Source: a virus
Lineage: Duplodnaviria > Caudoviricetes
DNA: 60,654 nt
Virus record (IMG/VR): IMGVR_UViG_3300023174_000180
Coordinates: 1-60,654 of that record
Reading direction: 5' to 3' (one strand)
Both the position numbers and the translations under genes were made by a program. Below the pieces are notes generated by a model. It was not told the origin of the DNA. It searched no databases and worked only from the letters and a program-made list of their open reading frames with translations. The stretch's first letter is position 1. The number at the start of each line of letters is the position of its first letter. Shown here piece by piece: positions 36,113-47,800 of this stretch.

Positions 36113-36727
36113 ATGACTAATAAAATTGTTGATATTGCAGATGAAATTTATCGAGAATTAGGTGAGCCAACTGATGTTAGTATTTCTAGTATAGCTTTTT
36201 GGCTTAGATCTAATTTAGGTAAATTAAATATATTAATAGCAAAAGATTTTTACATAGATGAAGTAACTCTGGAAGTAGCAGGAAAAAATTACGCATTTAC
36301 TCTATTAGAAAAAGCAATATTTAAAAAATTATACAATCTTCATTACTATGATCGTCAAATTATCAATTTAATAGGAAAAGCTAGAGCAGTAAATTTAGTA
36401 AGCACAGACGCTACAACAAGTGGCACAACTAATTCTGCAACAAACTCTATAGAAGTTCAAGAAGATGGTTTTACTTATAAAAAAGATAACAGCATAAGCA
36501 CAAAAACCGCAAACGAAACTATAAAAGCTAATACTCAATTTGTTCGTCAACTTGGTTTAAATTTTACAGACCTCAAAAGGGTAGAGAACGAAGAACTAAA
36601 ACATCTTCTTTTAAAATATTCCACTAGCACAGCTATGCCAATTCAAGTTACTGGAGACGACATTATCGCCGAATTGAATACAACTTACAATTATAGTAAT
36701 ACTCCGAGGGATTTAAACACTTTGTGA
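36113..36727 (+). CDS. putative head-tail adaptor
   Basis: Position after MCP; helical N-terminus. Confidence 0.45.
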   Translation: MTNKIVDIADEIYRELGEPTDVSISSIAFWLRSNLGKLNILIAKDFYIDEVTLEVAGKNYAFTLLEKAIFKKLYNLHYYDRQIINLIGKARAVNLVSTDATTSGTTNSATNSIEVQEDGFTYKKDNSISTKTANETIKANTQFVRQLGLNFTDLKRVENEELKHLLLKYSTSTAMPIQVTGDDIIAELNTTYNYSNTPRDLNTL

Positions 36728-36730
36728 TAT

Positions 36731-37177
36731 ATGCCAAATTCTTTATTATCATCTCAAGAAATAACAGACTTTCAAAATGCTGTCAATGATCATTTTGAAA
36801 CATTTAAAAGTTCAATAACCATACATAAAACTCCAAAAAAAATTGTGACATTGATTGAGGGAGAAGATCAAACTTTAGGTTACAATACTCAACCGCTTAA
36901 AGAATCAATAGAATATGTTCCCCAAAATGAGACTTTTCCAGCAATTATACAATACGATCCAAAAGGCGCAGTAGAAAATATTATTGATATTCAAGGTAAT
37001 ATAATGAATCAAGTCGTAAAAATAAAAGTAAAACAAGATGCAAGAGATTATATGATGAGTGATAAAATAGAAAAAGTTACTTTTGATGATAAAAGCTTTA
37101 AAATTATAAGTCATGATATACTAAGAAGTTATCAAGGTTTGAAGTATTATAATTTTTATTTAGAACTGGTAACCTAA
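36731..37177 (+). CDS. putative head closure protein
   Basis: Synteny; beta-rich, 148 aa. Confidence 0.45.
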   Translation: MPNSLLSSQEITDFQNAVNDHFETFKSSITIHKTPKKIVTLIEGEDQTLGYNTQPLKESIEYVPQNETFPAIIQYDPKGAVENIIDIQGNIMNQVVKIKVKQDARDYMMSDKIEKVTFDDKSFKIISHDILRSYQGLKYYNFYLELVT

Positions 37178-37178
37178 A

Positions 37179-37763
37179 ATGGCTAATGTAAATTATCAAT
37201 CTATCAGAAGAAAAATAGCCGATAGTAAAAAGCTACAAATTTTAGTAGACGCAAAAGCTAAAGAAAAATTTGAAAACGCAAAAGAAAAATTTATAAATAA
37301 TTTTGAAAGTCATCCAGTTACCACAGAAATTGAGGATGGTCCAGAAGCTTTAAATAAAAGTGGCACTTTGGGTGGAATGGGTAATTTATTTAGTTTTATA
37401 GGATTCAGTAAAGGAGAAAATCCGATATCAAATATTAAAAGTTATATAGAAAACTCTTTCAATTTAAGTAAATCTACTAAGTCAACATCTGGTACAAAAA
37501 TAAAATTTAATTATAAAATTAAATATCCAGGGATAGAAGAGATTGGTAAAATCTCTCCAATGCCTTGGGAGAATGGAAGAAGTTGGATTTTAGGCATAGA
37601 AAGAGGCATATCTGGTTTTGGAAATTATATGTACAAAAAAGTTAACAAAAGCAGATCTGGAGCAGGTGTTCAAGTACAAAACGAATTAAGATCTGGAAGC
37701 TTTAAGACTAAAAGTTATATGTCTGAAATTATTCAAAAATTTATAAGTAGCTTAAAATCATGA
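37179..37763 (+). CDS. putative neck / tail completion protein
   Basis: Synteny; basic; WILGIERGISG. Confidence 0.45.
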   Translation: MANVNYQSIRRKIADSKKLQILVDAKAKEKFENAKEKFINNFESHPVTTEIEDGPEALNKSGTLGGMGNLFSFIGFSKGENPISNIKSYIENSFNLSKSTKSTSGTKIKFNYKIKYPGIEEIGKISPMPWENGRSWILGIERGISGFGNYMYKKVNKSRSGAGVQVQNELRSGSFKTKSYMSEIIQKFISSLKS

Positions 37764-38587
37764 AAATCCAAAGAGATAATTTAATTTGTTCTAGCATGAT
37801 AATGTATCTGGATAACGTTATTTGTAACGAAGGAAAAGGATTTAAAAATATAAATTCTAAAATTTATCCCACTACTGCAATTTATGCTAATATGCATACT
37901 TATAGTTTGCCAGTAAAACAGGTATTAGCTGATTCATCTGTTAGCGGGGCTAATATATTAAGTGGAATATACATTAATAATAGTTTTAAAACAATAGGCT
38001 CTAATAATATAACAGGTATTAATCATTACGAAGGTCAAGTATACTTCACTCAAAACCCCAATACTGATCAAATTAGTGGTTCTTATGCTATTAAAGATTT
38101 TAATTTATACTTGACTAATAGAAAAGATCAAACCCTTATATTTGAACAAGCTTATAAAATAAGAGCTAAAACGCCTCAAACTATGACGGGTTTAGCTCCT
38201 AGTGAAGACACTATCCCAGCTATATTTATCAAAAATATAGGGGGTTATTCTAGGCCATTTGCTTTAGGAGGTGTCAAGAAATTAACCACAGACATAAGGT
38301 GTACAGTAATAACTGATAATTTATACGATTTAGACGCTTTGTGCTCATTATTAAAAGAAAAGTCTAATGCTTATTTGCCTATTATTAAGCCATCAGATTT
38401 AAAACTGAATAATTTAAATTCACTCCCTAGTGGGTTTTATAATTACAATGAATTAGCTAGTAATGCTGATTATCAATTGTATATAGATGACATTAATATA
38501 AGCAAAAATACAGATATACAGTCAGATGTAATAACGTTTAATTTGCATACAGCTTTTATTGATTTTTCTTTAAGTAATATCAAATAA
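37760..38587 (+). CDS. putative tail terminator protein
   Basis: Directly before the tail tube gene; TIPAIFI...PFALGG. Confidence 0.45.
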   Translation: MKIQRDNLICSSMIMYLDNVICNEGKGFKNINSKIYPTTAIYANMHTYSLPVKQVLADSSVSGANILSGIYINNSFKTIGSNNITGINHYEGQVYFTQNPNTDQISGSYAIKDFNLYLTNRKDQTLIFEQAYKIRAKTPQTMTGLAPSEDTIPAIFIKNIGGYSRPFALGGVKKLTTDIRCTVITDNLYDLDALCSLLKEKSNAYLPIIKPSDLKLNNLNSLPSGFYNYNELASNADYQLYIDDINISKNTDIQSDVITFNLHTAFIDFSLSNIK

Positions 38588-38641
38588 AATTTCTCTTTTA
38601 TGATATTTGACTGTAAAATAAGGAAATAGGAGATAAAAAAT

Positions 38642-39478
38642 ATGTCAGTAGCTTATTACCCATCACAAGCAGTTTTAGTCGGAGCAGATGAATTAACACT
38701 TATTCAAAGTGCTTCTGTAGATTTTAATATATCAAGGCAAGATGTCTTTGAATTCGGTACAGTTTTCGCAGTTGATACAGTTCAAGTCCAACCACCAACA
38801 GTTAACCTTAACTTTAGCTATGCAATAGCTAGTGGTACAGCCAATAACACTAATCATACAAAAATGGATCTAGATGACCTAACAACTTTATTGTCTGACA
38901 TGGCAGGAAAAACATATACTGTAAGTGGTGCAGGTAATTTAGTATTACAAAGTGGTCTAGTTAGCTCTTATGCAATTAACGCTTCTGTTGGAAATGTTCC
39001 TACTGCTACAGTTCAAGTTCAAGGTATATCTGCTACTTACACTCCTGGTAGTATTGTAAATGCAACAAGAAATGCTACAAATATTACTGCTGCAACTCCT
39101 CAAAATATGACACTAGTTGCAAGTAATGGTGGATCTAATGGAGCCGTTTCTGCTAGAAGCTTTACTGCTACTTTGGATGTGCCAAAACAATATATTTATC
39201 AATTAGGATCATTGACTCCAGTAGGAGTTATCACAAATGGTGCAGCTAAAGTAACTGTAGAGTCAGAATTCTTAATGCAAGGCTCTTCAAGTCTAAATCG
39301 CTTCGATAGAGATATCGGTACTTTAGTTCTTACCATGCCTGGTTCTGTTGGTTATACCGTAAATAATTGCAAATTAGTAAGCTATACTGAAAATGCAGGA
39401 TTAAATGATGCTTTGGTTGCAACAGCTAGGTGGGAAGCTCTAATTAAGAGTAATAACGATTTCCTAATCGGCGGTTAG
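38642..39478 (+). CDS. major tail tube protein
   Basis: IQSASVDFNISRQDVFEFG, T/S/G-rich, strong AGGAG RBS, variant motif CTGTAA at 38611; upstream of chaperones and TMP. Confidence 0.7.
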   Translation: MSVAYYPSQAVLVGADELTLIQSASVDFNISRQDVFEFGTVFAVDTVQVQPPTVNLNFSYAIASGTANNTNHTKMDLDDLTTLLSDMAGKTYTVSGAGNLVLQSGLVSSYAINASVGNVPTATVQVQGISATYTPGSIVNATRNATNITAATPQNMTLVASNGGSNGAVSARSFTATLDVPKQYIYQLGSLTPVGVITNGAAKVTVESEFLMQGSSSLNRFDRDIGTLVLTMPGSVGYTVNNCKLVSYTENAGLNDALVATARWEALIKSNNDFLIGG

Positions 39479-39510
39479 TTATATTAATTATATTAATTTT
39501 AAAACTTTAT

Positions 39511-39539
39511 TAGAAATAATAAGGTTATAAGATTATTAT
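39511..39539 (+). promoter_or_regulatory. sigma70-like promoter
   Basis: TAGAAA-N17-TATTAT; AAGGA RBS before ATG 39560. Confidence 0.45.
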
Positions 39540-39559
39540 AATATAAAGGTTAAAGGATT

Positions 39560-39766
39560 ATGCAATCAAGCAAGGAAAAAGATTATCTTAATTTTCAAAT
39601 AAGAAGAAAAATTATAAATTTATATAAGAACTTCTTCTTTATTCTAGAAGACGCTAAACTAACTGACGACCAATATCAAAAAAATCGCAAAAGAATACTA
39701 GACTTAGGCAACGATACAATCAGGGAAATAGAGGACGACATTAATAAATTTAATGTTAGTTTATGA
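39560..39766 (+). CDS. small hypothetical protein
   Basis: 68 aa with RBS. Confidence 0.7.
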   Translation: MQSSKEKDYLNFQIRRKIINLYKNFFFILEDAKLTDDQYQKNRKRILDLGNDTIREIEDDINKFNVSL

Positions 39767-40008
39767 AAAAATTTAATTTCAATTTTCCAATCAAGTCTAT
39801 TATTGAAGCAAATTTACATATGCAAACAATTCAAAAAGCTTTAATTAATGATTATAAAATATTAAATCCAAAAATAGAAACTATTACTAGCGAAAGATTT
39901 TTATCCATATACAGTTCTTGGGACGAAGATAAAAAAAATAACTTTATAAGAACTGTGGCTGGAAAAGCGAACTTTAAAAAAGCTAAAGTCTTTTTTGAGA
40001 ACAAATAA
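39763..40008 (+). CDS. small hypothetical protein
   Basis: 81 aa, 4-nt overlap with the previous gene. Confidence 0.65.
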   Translation: MKKFNFNFPIKSIIEANLHMQTIQKALINDYKILNPKIETITSERFLSIYSSWDEDKKNNFIRTVAGKANFKKAKVFFENK

Positions 40009-40014
40009 AATTCT

Positions 40015-40770
40015 ATGAATATTAAACAAATATATACCTTTAAAGTAAATAAGACAGAAGAAGTCGAAGAATCTGAAATTATTAAAAATGAAGCTGGCGA
40101 AGAGATCAAACAAGTTAAAAAAGTAAAGAAAGAAACTCCAGTAGAGTTTTGTATAAAAAAGCCAACAAGATCGCTATTTGATGACGCTGAATTATATTAT
40201 GGAATTAAACTTGCAGAATCTATAAAGGCTGGAATGTTGACTAAAACTTCTATGCTTAAGAAGTACGATGGTGATGGAGGAATTTTTACAAAAGGCGAAG
40301 AAGATGTACTTAATAAATTAGTAGATCTTTTAAAAGACAAGCAGAGAGCACTTAATGAATTAGTCTATAAAGAAGAAGAGGGCAAGACTTTAACTGATCA
40401 AGAAAATCAAGACAAAAGTATTCTCCAAGATGAAATAACTTTTGTGAAAAACCAAATGATAGAAATGGAAAATTCTAAAAGTGCTTTATTTGATCAGACA
40501 GCAGAAACAAGAGCTCGAAATAAAAGTATAGTATGGTGGATACTTCATCTGGCATATAAAAAAGATGGAGAAAACTTTACTCCATTATTTGGAGAAGGTG
40601 GCTTTGAATCTAGACTTAAGAAGTATGATGAACTTGAGGAATCCGATGATGAATTCTGGCAAAAAGTTTTACTAAAATATGCTTATTTAGTCAGTTTCTG
40701 GTACTCTGGAAAAATAATGACAGAAGAAGACTTTAAAGCCGTAGAGAATTATTACGATTCGTTATCTTGA
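40015..40770 (+). CDS. putative tail assembly chaperone
   Basis: Acidic coiled-coil protein between tail tube and TMP. Confidence 0.55.
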   Translation: MNIKQIYTFKVNKTEEVEESEIIKNEAGEEIKQVKKVKKETPVEFCIKKPTRSLFDDAELYYGIKLAESIKAGMLTKTSMLKKYDGDGGIFTKGEEDVLNKLVDLLKDKQRALNELVYKEEEGKTLTDQENQDKSILQDEITFVKNQMIEMENSKSALFDQTAETRARNKSIVWWILHLAYKKDGENFTPLFGEGGFESRLKKYDELEESDDEFWQKVLLKYAYLVSFWYSGKIMTEEDFKAVENYYDSLS

Positions 40771-41780
40771 GAAATTTACTTGAAAAAAAGTTAAAAATAG
40801 TTTTCCACGAAATGCTTGCTGGTAAAAGCCAAGCATTCGATGAATTGGATTCTAAGAATCTATATATCAAACATTACGGTGATTATGATTCTTCTATATT
40901 TGATCAATATTACATTAATTTTTATGATAAAGCTATAAATGAAGGACTGCCTTCTGAGTCAGATAAGCTTAAGTTTTTAATAAATGAAAAGGTGTGGTCT
41001 TCTGAAAATGAGTCTAAGATTGAGTACTTAGAATCTAAATTAAATAAATTAAAAGAACTTAAAAATAAAACTTATTTATTGTCTCAATTAGATAAATTAA
41101 AAAAAGAAATAGTAGATATAGAGTTTGAATTAACTAATCTAAAAAATAAAAAATCCCAGCTTTTAGACTTTACTGCTGAGAAATATGCAGACAATAAAAT
41201 GGAATACTATTACATATTAAATTCTTTTTATTTAGACGAAGATTTAAAAAATAGAAAATTCTCAGAAGAAGCTGATGATATAGAAACTTTTGGGCAATTA
41301 AACCACTATACTAGACTTCATAATCAAACTTTAGAAAAATTTAAACTACAAAATATAAAAAGAATAGCTATAGCTTCTTACTCAATGAGCTCAATGAGTC
41401 TATCACAGAATAATGCATACTATTTCTTCGGTAAGCCTATAGCTCTTTTAACTTATTATCAATCAACTTATTTTTCTTACGCTAATTATTATGAAAAAAT
41501 ATCTTCTAATTCTGAATATAAAAATGTACCAGAAGACATAAAGAAAGACGTAGATAAATTGATAGATTTCTATTCAGCTACTTCTAATTTAAGGAACAAA
41601 GTAAATCAAGAAAGAGATGTAAATGGGCCAGTCTTTGTTATGGACGCTACAGAAAAAGACTTAGATTTCTTGAATAAAAGCAAGACTAAACACGATAAAA
41701 GCGCATTAGACAGACTAGCAGAAGAACATGGTGGTGTTTTGGACTTGAATCAATTAGCGAATTTCTATAATAAAAAATAA
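40767..41780 (+). CDS. putative tail assembly chaperone 2
   Basis: TTG start overlapping the previous TGA; immediately before TMP. Confidence 0.5.
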   Translation: MRNLLEKKLKIVFHEMLAGKSQAFDELDSKNLYIKHYGDYDSSIFDQYYINFYDKAINEGLPSESDKLKFLINEKVWSSENESKIEYLESKLNKLKELKNKTYLLSQLDKLKKEIVDIEFELTNLKNKKSQLLDFTAEKYADNKMEYYYILNSFYLDEDLKNRKFSEEADDIETFGQLNHYTRLHNQTLEKFKLQNIKRIAIASYSMSSMSLSQNNAYYFFGKPIALLTYYQSTYFSYANYYEKISSNSEYKNVPEDIKKDVDKLIDFYSATSNLRNKVNQERDVNGPVFVMDATEKDLDFLNKSKTKHDKSALDRLAEEHGGVLDLNQLANFYNKK

Positions 41781-41792
41781 TTACATTTTTAA

Positions 41793-41798
41793 GTGTAA
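41793..41798 (+). promoter_or_regulatory. GTGTAA putative late-promoter motif
   Basis: 24 nt before ATG 41823, with AGGA in the leader. Confidence 0.7.
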
Positions 41799-41822
41799 TA
41801 TTATTATAGGAAAAAGGCTAAT

Positions 41823-44800
41823 ATGAGTGATGTAATTCTACCAATTGATGGAGATCTTAGGCCGTTAGAAGCTAAAGTAGCAAAATTCGCCTCTAGAGGC
41901 ATAAATTTAAATCTAAAGAACAGTATATCTCAGCCCCTTGGAAGAATCACTGGTCAAGTAAGCGAATTTAATAAGTCATTAGAAGCTTCTAATGCTCGAG
42001 TTTTGGCATTCGGAGCTTCTGCAGGTGCGGTATATGCAGTCGGTAAAGCTTTCTCAGAAATAATAAAATCGACAATAGAAGTAGAAAAACAACTAGCTGA
42101 TATTAATGTAGTATTAAATACTTCGCAAAAAAGTCTTGCTAATTTTGGTAGATCATTATTTGATATAGCAAGAAACACAGCTAATCCATTTAGTGAGGTC
42201 AGCAAAGCCGCTACTGAATTTGCTCGTCAGGGTTTAGGTGTTCAAGAAACCCTAAAAAGAACAAGTGATGCTTTAGTTTTGAGTAGATTATCTGGTTTAG
42301 ATGCAGCTAAAAGCGTTGACGCATTAACTGCAGCAGTAAACAGTTTTAGTAAAGCTGGATTAAATTCAACTCAAATTATTAATAAATTAGCTAATGTTGA
42401 TGCTGGATTTGCTGTTAGTTCTGCTGATTTGGCAGAAGCTATAAGTCGAGTTGGTAGTACTGCTCAAGACGTTGGAGTTGATCTAGATCAACTTATAGCA
42501 TTAGTTACAGCAGCACAACAAACTACAGCTAGAGGAGGAGCTGTAATTGGAAATTCTTTAAAAACAATTTTTACAAGATTACAAAGAACTGACACATTAG
42601 ACAAATTAGAAGAGCTTGGAGTTAAAGTAAGAGACTTAAGTGGGGAAACTTTGCCAGCAGTTCAAGTATTACAAAATCTTTCTAAATCATTTAACGCTTT
42701 ATCTCAATCACAAAAATCTTCTGTTGCAGAAACAGTTGGAGGTGTTTATCAAATTAATATTTTGAGAGCAGCTTTAGGAGATTTAGGAAAAGCTTACAGC
42801 ATATACGGAAATGCTCTTGATACATCAAAAAATTCTACCAATCAAGCAACTAGAAGAAATGAAGAACTTAATAAAACTGTAGATGCCCAATTAAAAACTT
42901 TAGTTAATAGCTTTACCCAAGCTAGTACAGAAATTGGAGGCATTGTATTTGCTCCAACTATAAGTAAAACTGCAAATTTATTAAATGACCTATTATCTGA
43001 TTTACAAAAGCCAGAAGAAGCCAGGTCAGCAGGAAGTCAAATTGGAACAGAGGTATTAAAAGGTCTTGGCACTTTTGTTTCTGGTCCTGGTTTAGCAATT
43101 GTTGGCACAGGTTTTATTAAAATATTTAGCGGATTAGCTAAATTTAGTGCAGAAGCTTTTAAAGGATTTTTAAATATTCAAAGTGGTTCTGATAGAGTTG
43201 CTGCAGCTCAAGAAAGAATTAATTCTATATTAGCTCAGAACCCTAGTCTAATAGAAGCAGCAATACAAAAACAAAATAGTTTAGCTTCAGTTGAGCAAAG
43301 GATACTACAAATTATAGAAGCTCAAAATGCAGCAAGACTCCAAGCCACTCAAATTTCAAATAAACTTGCTCCCACAGTTATTGCTGCGGAAAATGTAGCA
43401 GTAAGAAGATCTAGAGGAAAAGCTGGAGGTTTTATACCTAATTTTGCTGCATCTTCAGAGGATCAAATGATCGAAGATCTTGGTGCTTCAAAACATGGAT
43501 ATAAAGCTGGCAAAGCTTATCGTACAACTCTATATGACGGAACAGGTGGAAGTATTCCAGCTGTGGTTAATAGTGCTGAAAGAAGAAAAGATTTTATTAA
43601 TTCAGATGGTAAAAAAGCTTCATTAGTTATTCCTCCAAATGGATTTTCTTCAGGTTTCATACCTAACTTTGCAAGAGAGTCTGAATTTGTTAAAAATCAA
43701 AAATTATATGGTAGAAGAACAAAAGATGGTTATGTAAAATTATCTGGTTCAGAAGCTGAATACGGAACACAGCAAGGTACTAAAAAATTAGGCTTAGATA
43801 TAATTGAAGAAGGTGGACTTACATGGATTAAAGAAAAAGACTATACTAAATTAAATCTTGCCATGAGGCAAAGAGATGAAACTTTAGCTATGAAAAGAGC
43901 TGGAGATTTAAATTTAAGATCAACAGGACGAGGTGGAAAAGGTTTTGATAAATTATATAATTATTCTTTAATATATCCAGGAGCAGGTGGAACATCTAAA
44001 GAATTTCCTACTTATGGGACTATAGGAAAAAATGCAAAGATAGGATTCACTGCATTTCCATTTCCATTAGGAAAAGGAGATTTTGGTCAAGAAACTGTTG
44101 GAATGGCAAAAAATGCATTAGTTGATGTTGCTAAAAAAATAGTATCTGATGCAGGAATTCCACAAAAAGTTATTGCTAAAGATAAATTTACTAATACTGT
44201 TAGATCTAATCTTGGTTTAGATGCAGTTAATTCTTTAATCGGACAATCTTTTGAGGCTGGACTATTGGCGAGTGTAGGATCAATAGCTAATAATCGTAGT
44301 AGAAATTTAGACTTAAGTTCTGGTGAAATGAGAGCTATGGCGAAAAATTTTCCATCTGCCAGAAAATTAGCTGGTAAAAAAGGTGGAGACTTTAAAAGTG
44401 CTGTAAGTCCAGATAATCTTAATAGCATGGCTTTGAAGATAGCTAAAGCAGAAGGATTGGCGCTTCCAAGCCAAGAATTTTCTACTGGAAGAGGCGGCGG
44501 AAGAGTATCTGCTGCTTCTGGTTATGCAGCAGGTATGGATAAAGCTCTCAGTTTAGCTATTAGAAGAGAAAAAATGGCAGGTATTGATTCTGATAGAATT
44601 AAAGTAGGAAAAGACGCTAGTCTTATTAGTGATCAAAATCCTTTAGGATTGGGAGTTTATAATACCAAAGACGAACCAGCTGGTTTAAGACAAGGAATTT
44701 CTAGATACGGAAGCTCTAATCAAGCTAAATTAGCTGGTATGGCAAAGGGCTTTATACCAAATTTTGCTCAAGATAAAGCGTCTGGTGGATTAGGGGATAA

Positions 44801-47800
44801 AATATTACAATTTTCTATTATATCTAGTTTATTAGCTTCTCAAGCTAAAACTCAAGCTGAAGGTGCTGCAGAAAGAGAAAAAGAAAAAGGGGCTATATCA
44901 GAACTTACTAAAAGTGCATTAGTAGCTTCAGAAGCTTTAGAGGGATTTGGTAGCGGCGCATTCATAGGTTCATTATTTGGTAAAACAATACCTGGAGCTG
45001 TCGCAGGTGGATTATCTGGAGCATATTCTGGAGCTAATAAAATTAACATGTCACAATTTGATGGTGAAATACAAAATATTAAAAATAAAGTTGGAGAGTT
45101 AAATGACGCTGCAAATAATTTAGAAGGAGTAGCAGCTAATTTAGCACCTGATTTTGAAAAATTAATATCTGCTATGGATAGTGGTGAAAATATATCAGAA
45201 TATAAGAAAGCAATTATCGATAAAATAAATCTTGATAAAAGTTTGACTGCTCAGATGAAAACTTCTGCAATGAGCGCTTTAAATAAAGATCCAAGATCTT
45301 TACAACCATTTTTGGCTCAAATGATCAATCAGATGCGAGACGAATCTGGTATTAAAGCTATATCCGCCTCTTTAAAAGAAACTAATGTAAAAAATAGTAC
45401 GCCAAGTTTAGCTGATAAACTTATGAATCGTGTGCCAGATAATTTACCCTTTGGAATTAAAAATCAACTTCAAAATGTACTAGGCAGCAAACCTGAAATA
45501 AATAAAAATTTAGCTACTCAAGATAGTGCTACAAATTTAATGTTAGGATCATTAAGTAGTTTATCTATGAAATTAGATAATAAAAAATTTATGGATTTAA
45601 GTAAGGTTTTAGTTGATAATTCTAAAAATGCAGAAGGTTTTGTAAATGCACTCATCAGTGCAAGAAAATCAATAGGAGATGCAACAGATGATTTAGATGA
45701 ATTAAAAGAGTCTCTTAAATTAGATAAAACAGGAGTAGTTGGAAAAAATATTGTAGCTGGAGGCTTAAATGCAACTGGACAATTCTTAAATCAAAAAGTA
45801 CAGACAGCTTCAGGCTTATCTAAAAGAGAACCTGGTAGACCAGGCAAATTTAGATCTAATTTAGCTGGAGCTTCTCAAATCTATAATTTAGATTATAGTG
45901 ATCCGTTAGCTATGTCAGATGAAGGTCAAGCTGATTTAGCTAAAGGATATTTATCTCAAAGTAAAAATCCATTAATAGGTGGAAATGCTACGCTCTCTTT
46001 AAGAGATAGTTTATTATCTCAAGGTATATCAGAAGAAGATATAGCAAAACAATTTCCAGAATTTAATAAAAATATTGATGAAGCAATATCGGCAAAACAA
46101 CAACAAAAAGAAGAATCGTTAAGAAAAACTTTTGAGGTCATAAACAAAGGCAAACCATTAACTAAAGAACAAGAAGCTTTAATTAAACCAAAAAATGCTA
46201 CAAGAAAAGAATTAGTAGGAGCATATAGAAAAGAAACTGCTGAAAAAATAATGCCTACAACTACTACAAAAGTTGCTAATGGGCCAGATATACAAACTCC
46301 AGTATCTAGAAAAGATTTAGGTACAACTTATGTTCCTCCAGTTATGCCACCAGCTCCAACTGCTGAAGAGCTTCAAGCTCAAAACGATGTAATTGCATTA
46401 ACAAAAACATCAGCAGAAGTTAAAAACGCCACACAAGAAAATCCTGGCGTAATTGGACCAGTCAATCAAAATCAAAATAATGGTTTTAGTTTAAATAGTT
46501 TATTAGATAATCCAATGGTAATTGGTGGAGCTACTGGATTAATTGTTAATGGATTAAGTCGTTTGAATCCATTTGGGCGAGGAAAAAATGCTGTGGCACC
46601 AGAAATTTCACAAGGAACTACAAGTCCTTCTCCAGCACAAGGAACTACAAGTCCTTCTCCAGGTCCAAAGATACCTAAGCCAGGAACTTTTAGGCCAGGG
46701 AGTCCATTACCAAAAGGAGTACCTGTAACAAACTTGCCGACTTCTCAAAGATATTTTCCAACAGCTATGAAAGGAATTCAACAAGGAAGAAATTTACTCG
46801 AAAAAGGAAAAAATTTAATAAAACCTGCTGCTGCTGCTGGATCAAGACTTTTAGGAAACGCGGCTAATGTTGTACCAAGATTTTTAGGAGCGGGAGCAAA
46901 TCTTGCAGGTTTAGAGTTAACAGGAGCAGGAGCTGGTGCAGCTTTAGGAGCTGGTGGAGCATTCTTAGCAGGCAGTGCTATAGTTGGCACTGCTATAGGA
47001 AGTACTATTGGTGGTTACCAATTGGGAGAAATGTTCGATCCAGGAGCAGAAAAACGTGGAAATTTTGCTTATAATCTAGCTCCAAGTTTATTTGGCGGAC
47101 CAAGTAAAAAAGAACAAGAAAGACAAATAAAACAAGGAGAATATCTTCAAAATTTTAACAAAGTCCAACAAGCTAAAAGGCAACAAGAAGCTAAAGAAAA
47201 ATCCGAAAGAGATGCAAGTAGAGCTGCATCTCAAAAAAGATTAGCTGATGCTACAAAAGCAAGAGAAGATTACAACAAGCCTATAGACCCACTTCGTCCT
47301 AGCATTCCTCCACCACCACCCGCTCCAAGTAGCACCAAAGGATTGTTCCAAGAAACATATGCTAGTCAAGCTTTTCCAGGAGTTAAGGGTCTTTCTGATC
47401 AAGCTACTCCATTTTCATATGGTGATCAATTCTTTAAATCTCAAGAAGATTTAACTAGTTACAGAGATCGGGTAAAGATGGGAACAGAAGATCCAATCAA
47501 ACAAGCTCAAGAAGCCAAAAGAGAAAAAATAAATCAACAAGCGCCAGCAAAAGAAGAGGATAGAAGATCTTATGACCAAGAAGACGCCAAGATAGAAAGA
47601 GAAAGAAAAAAGCAAGAAGAAGAAATCAAAAAACAAGCAGCTGAAGCAGAAAAAGCAACAATGACTCCAGAAGGATCAAATTCAAATACTAGCAATATAA
47701 ACGTAGCTCCTGTTATTACTCTAAATGCTGGAGCTAATCAAGATGAATTAATAAAACTCGTTACTAGTAAAGTACAAGAATTTGCTCAAAATTTAATGAC

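Noticed and set aside
40730-40780. Programmed -1 frameshift between the two pre-TMP chaperone-like genes
   Set aside because: The second ORF is in the -1 frame, but that frame has a stop at 40734-40736 and no slippery heptamer lies in the open overlap; TTGA coupling explains the junction
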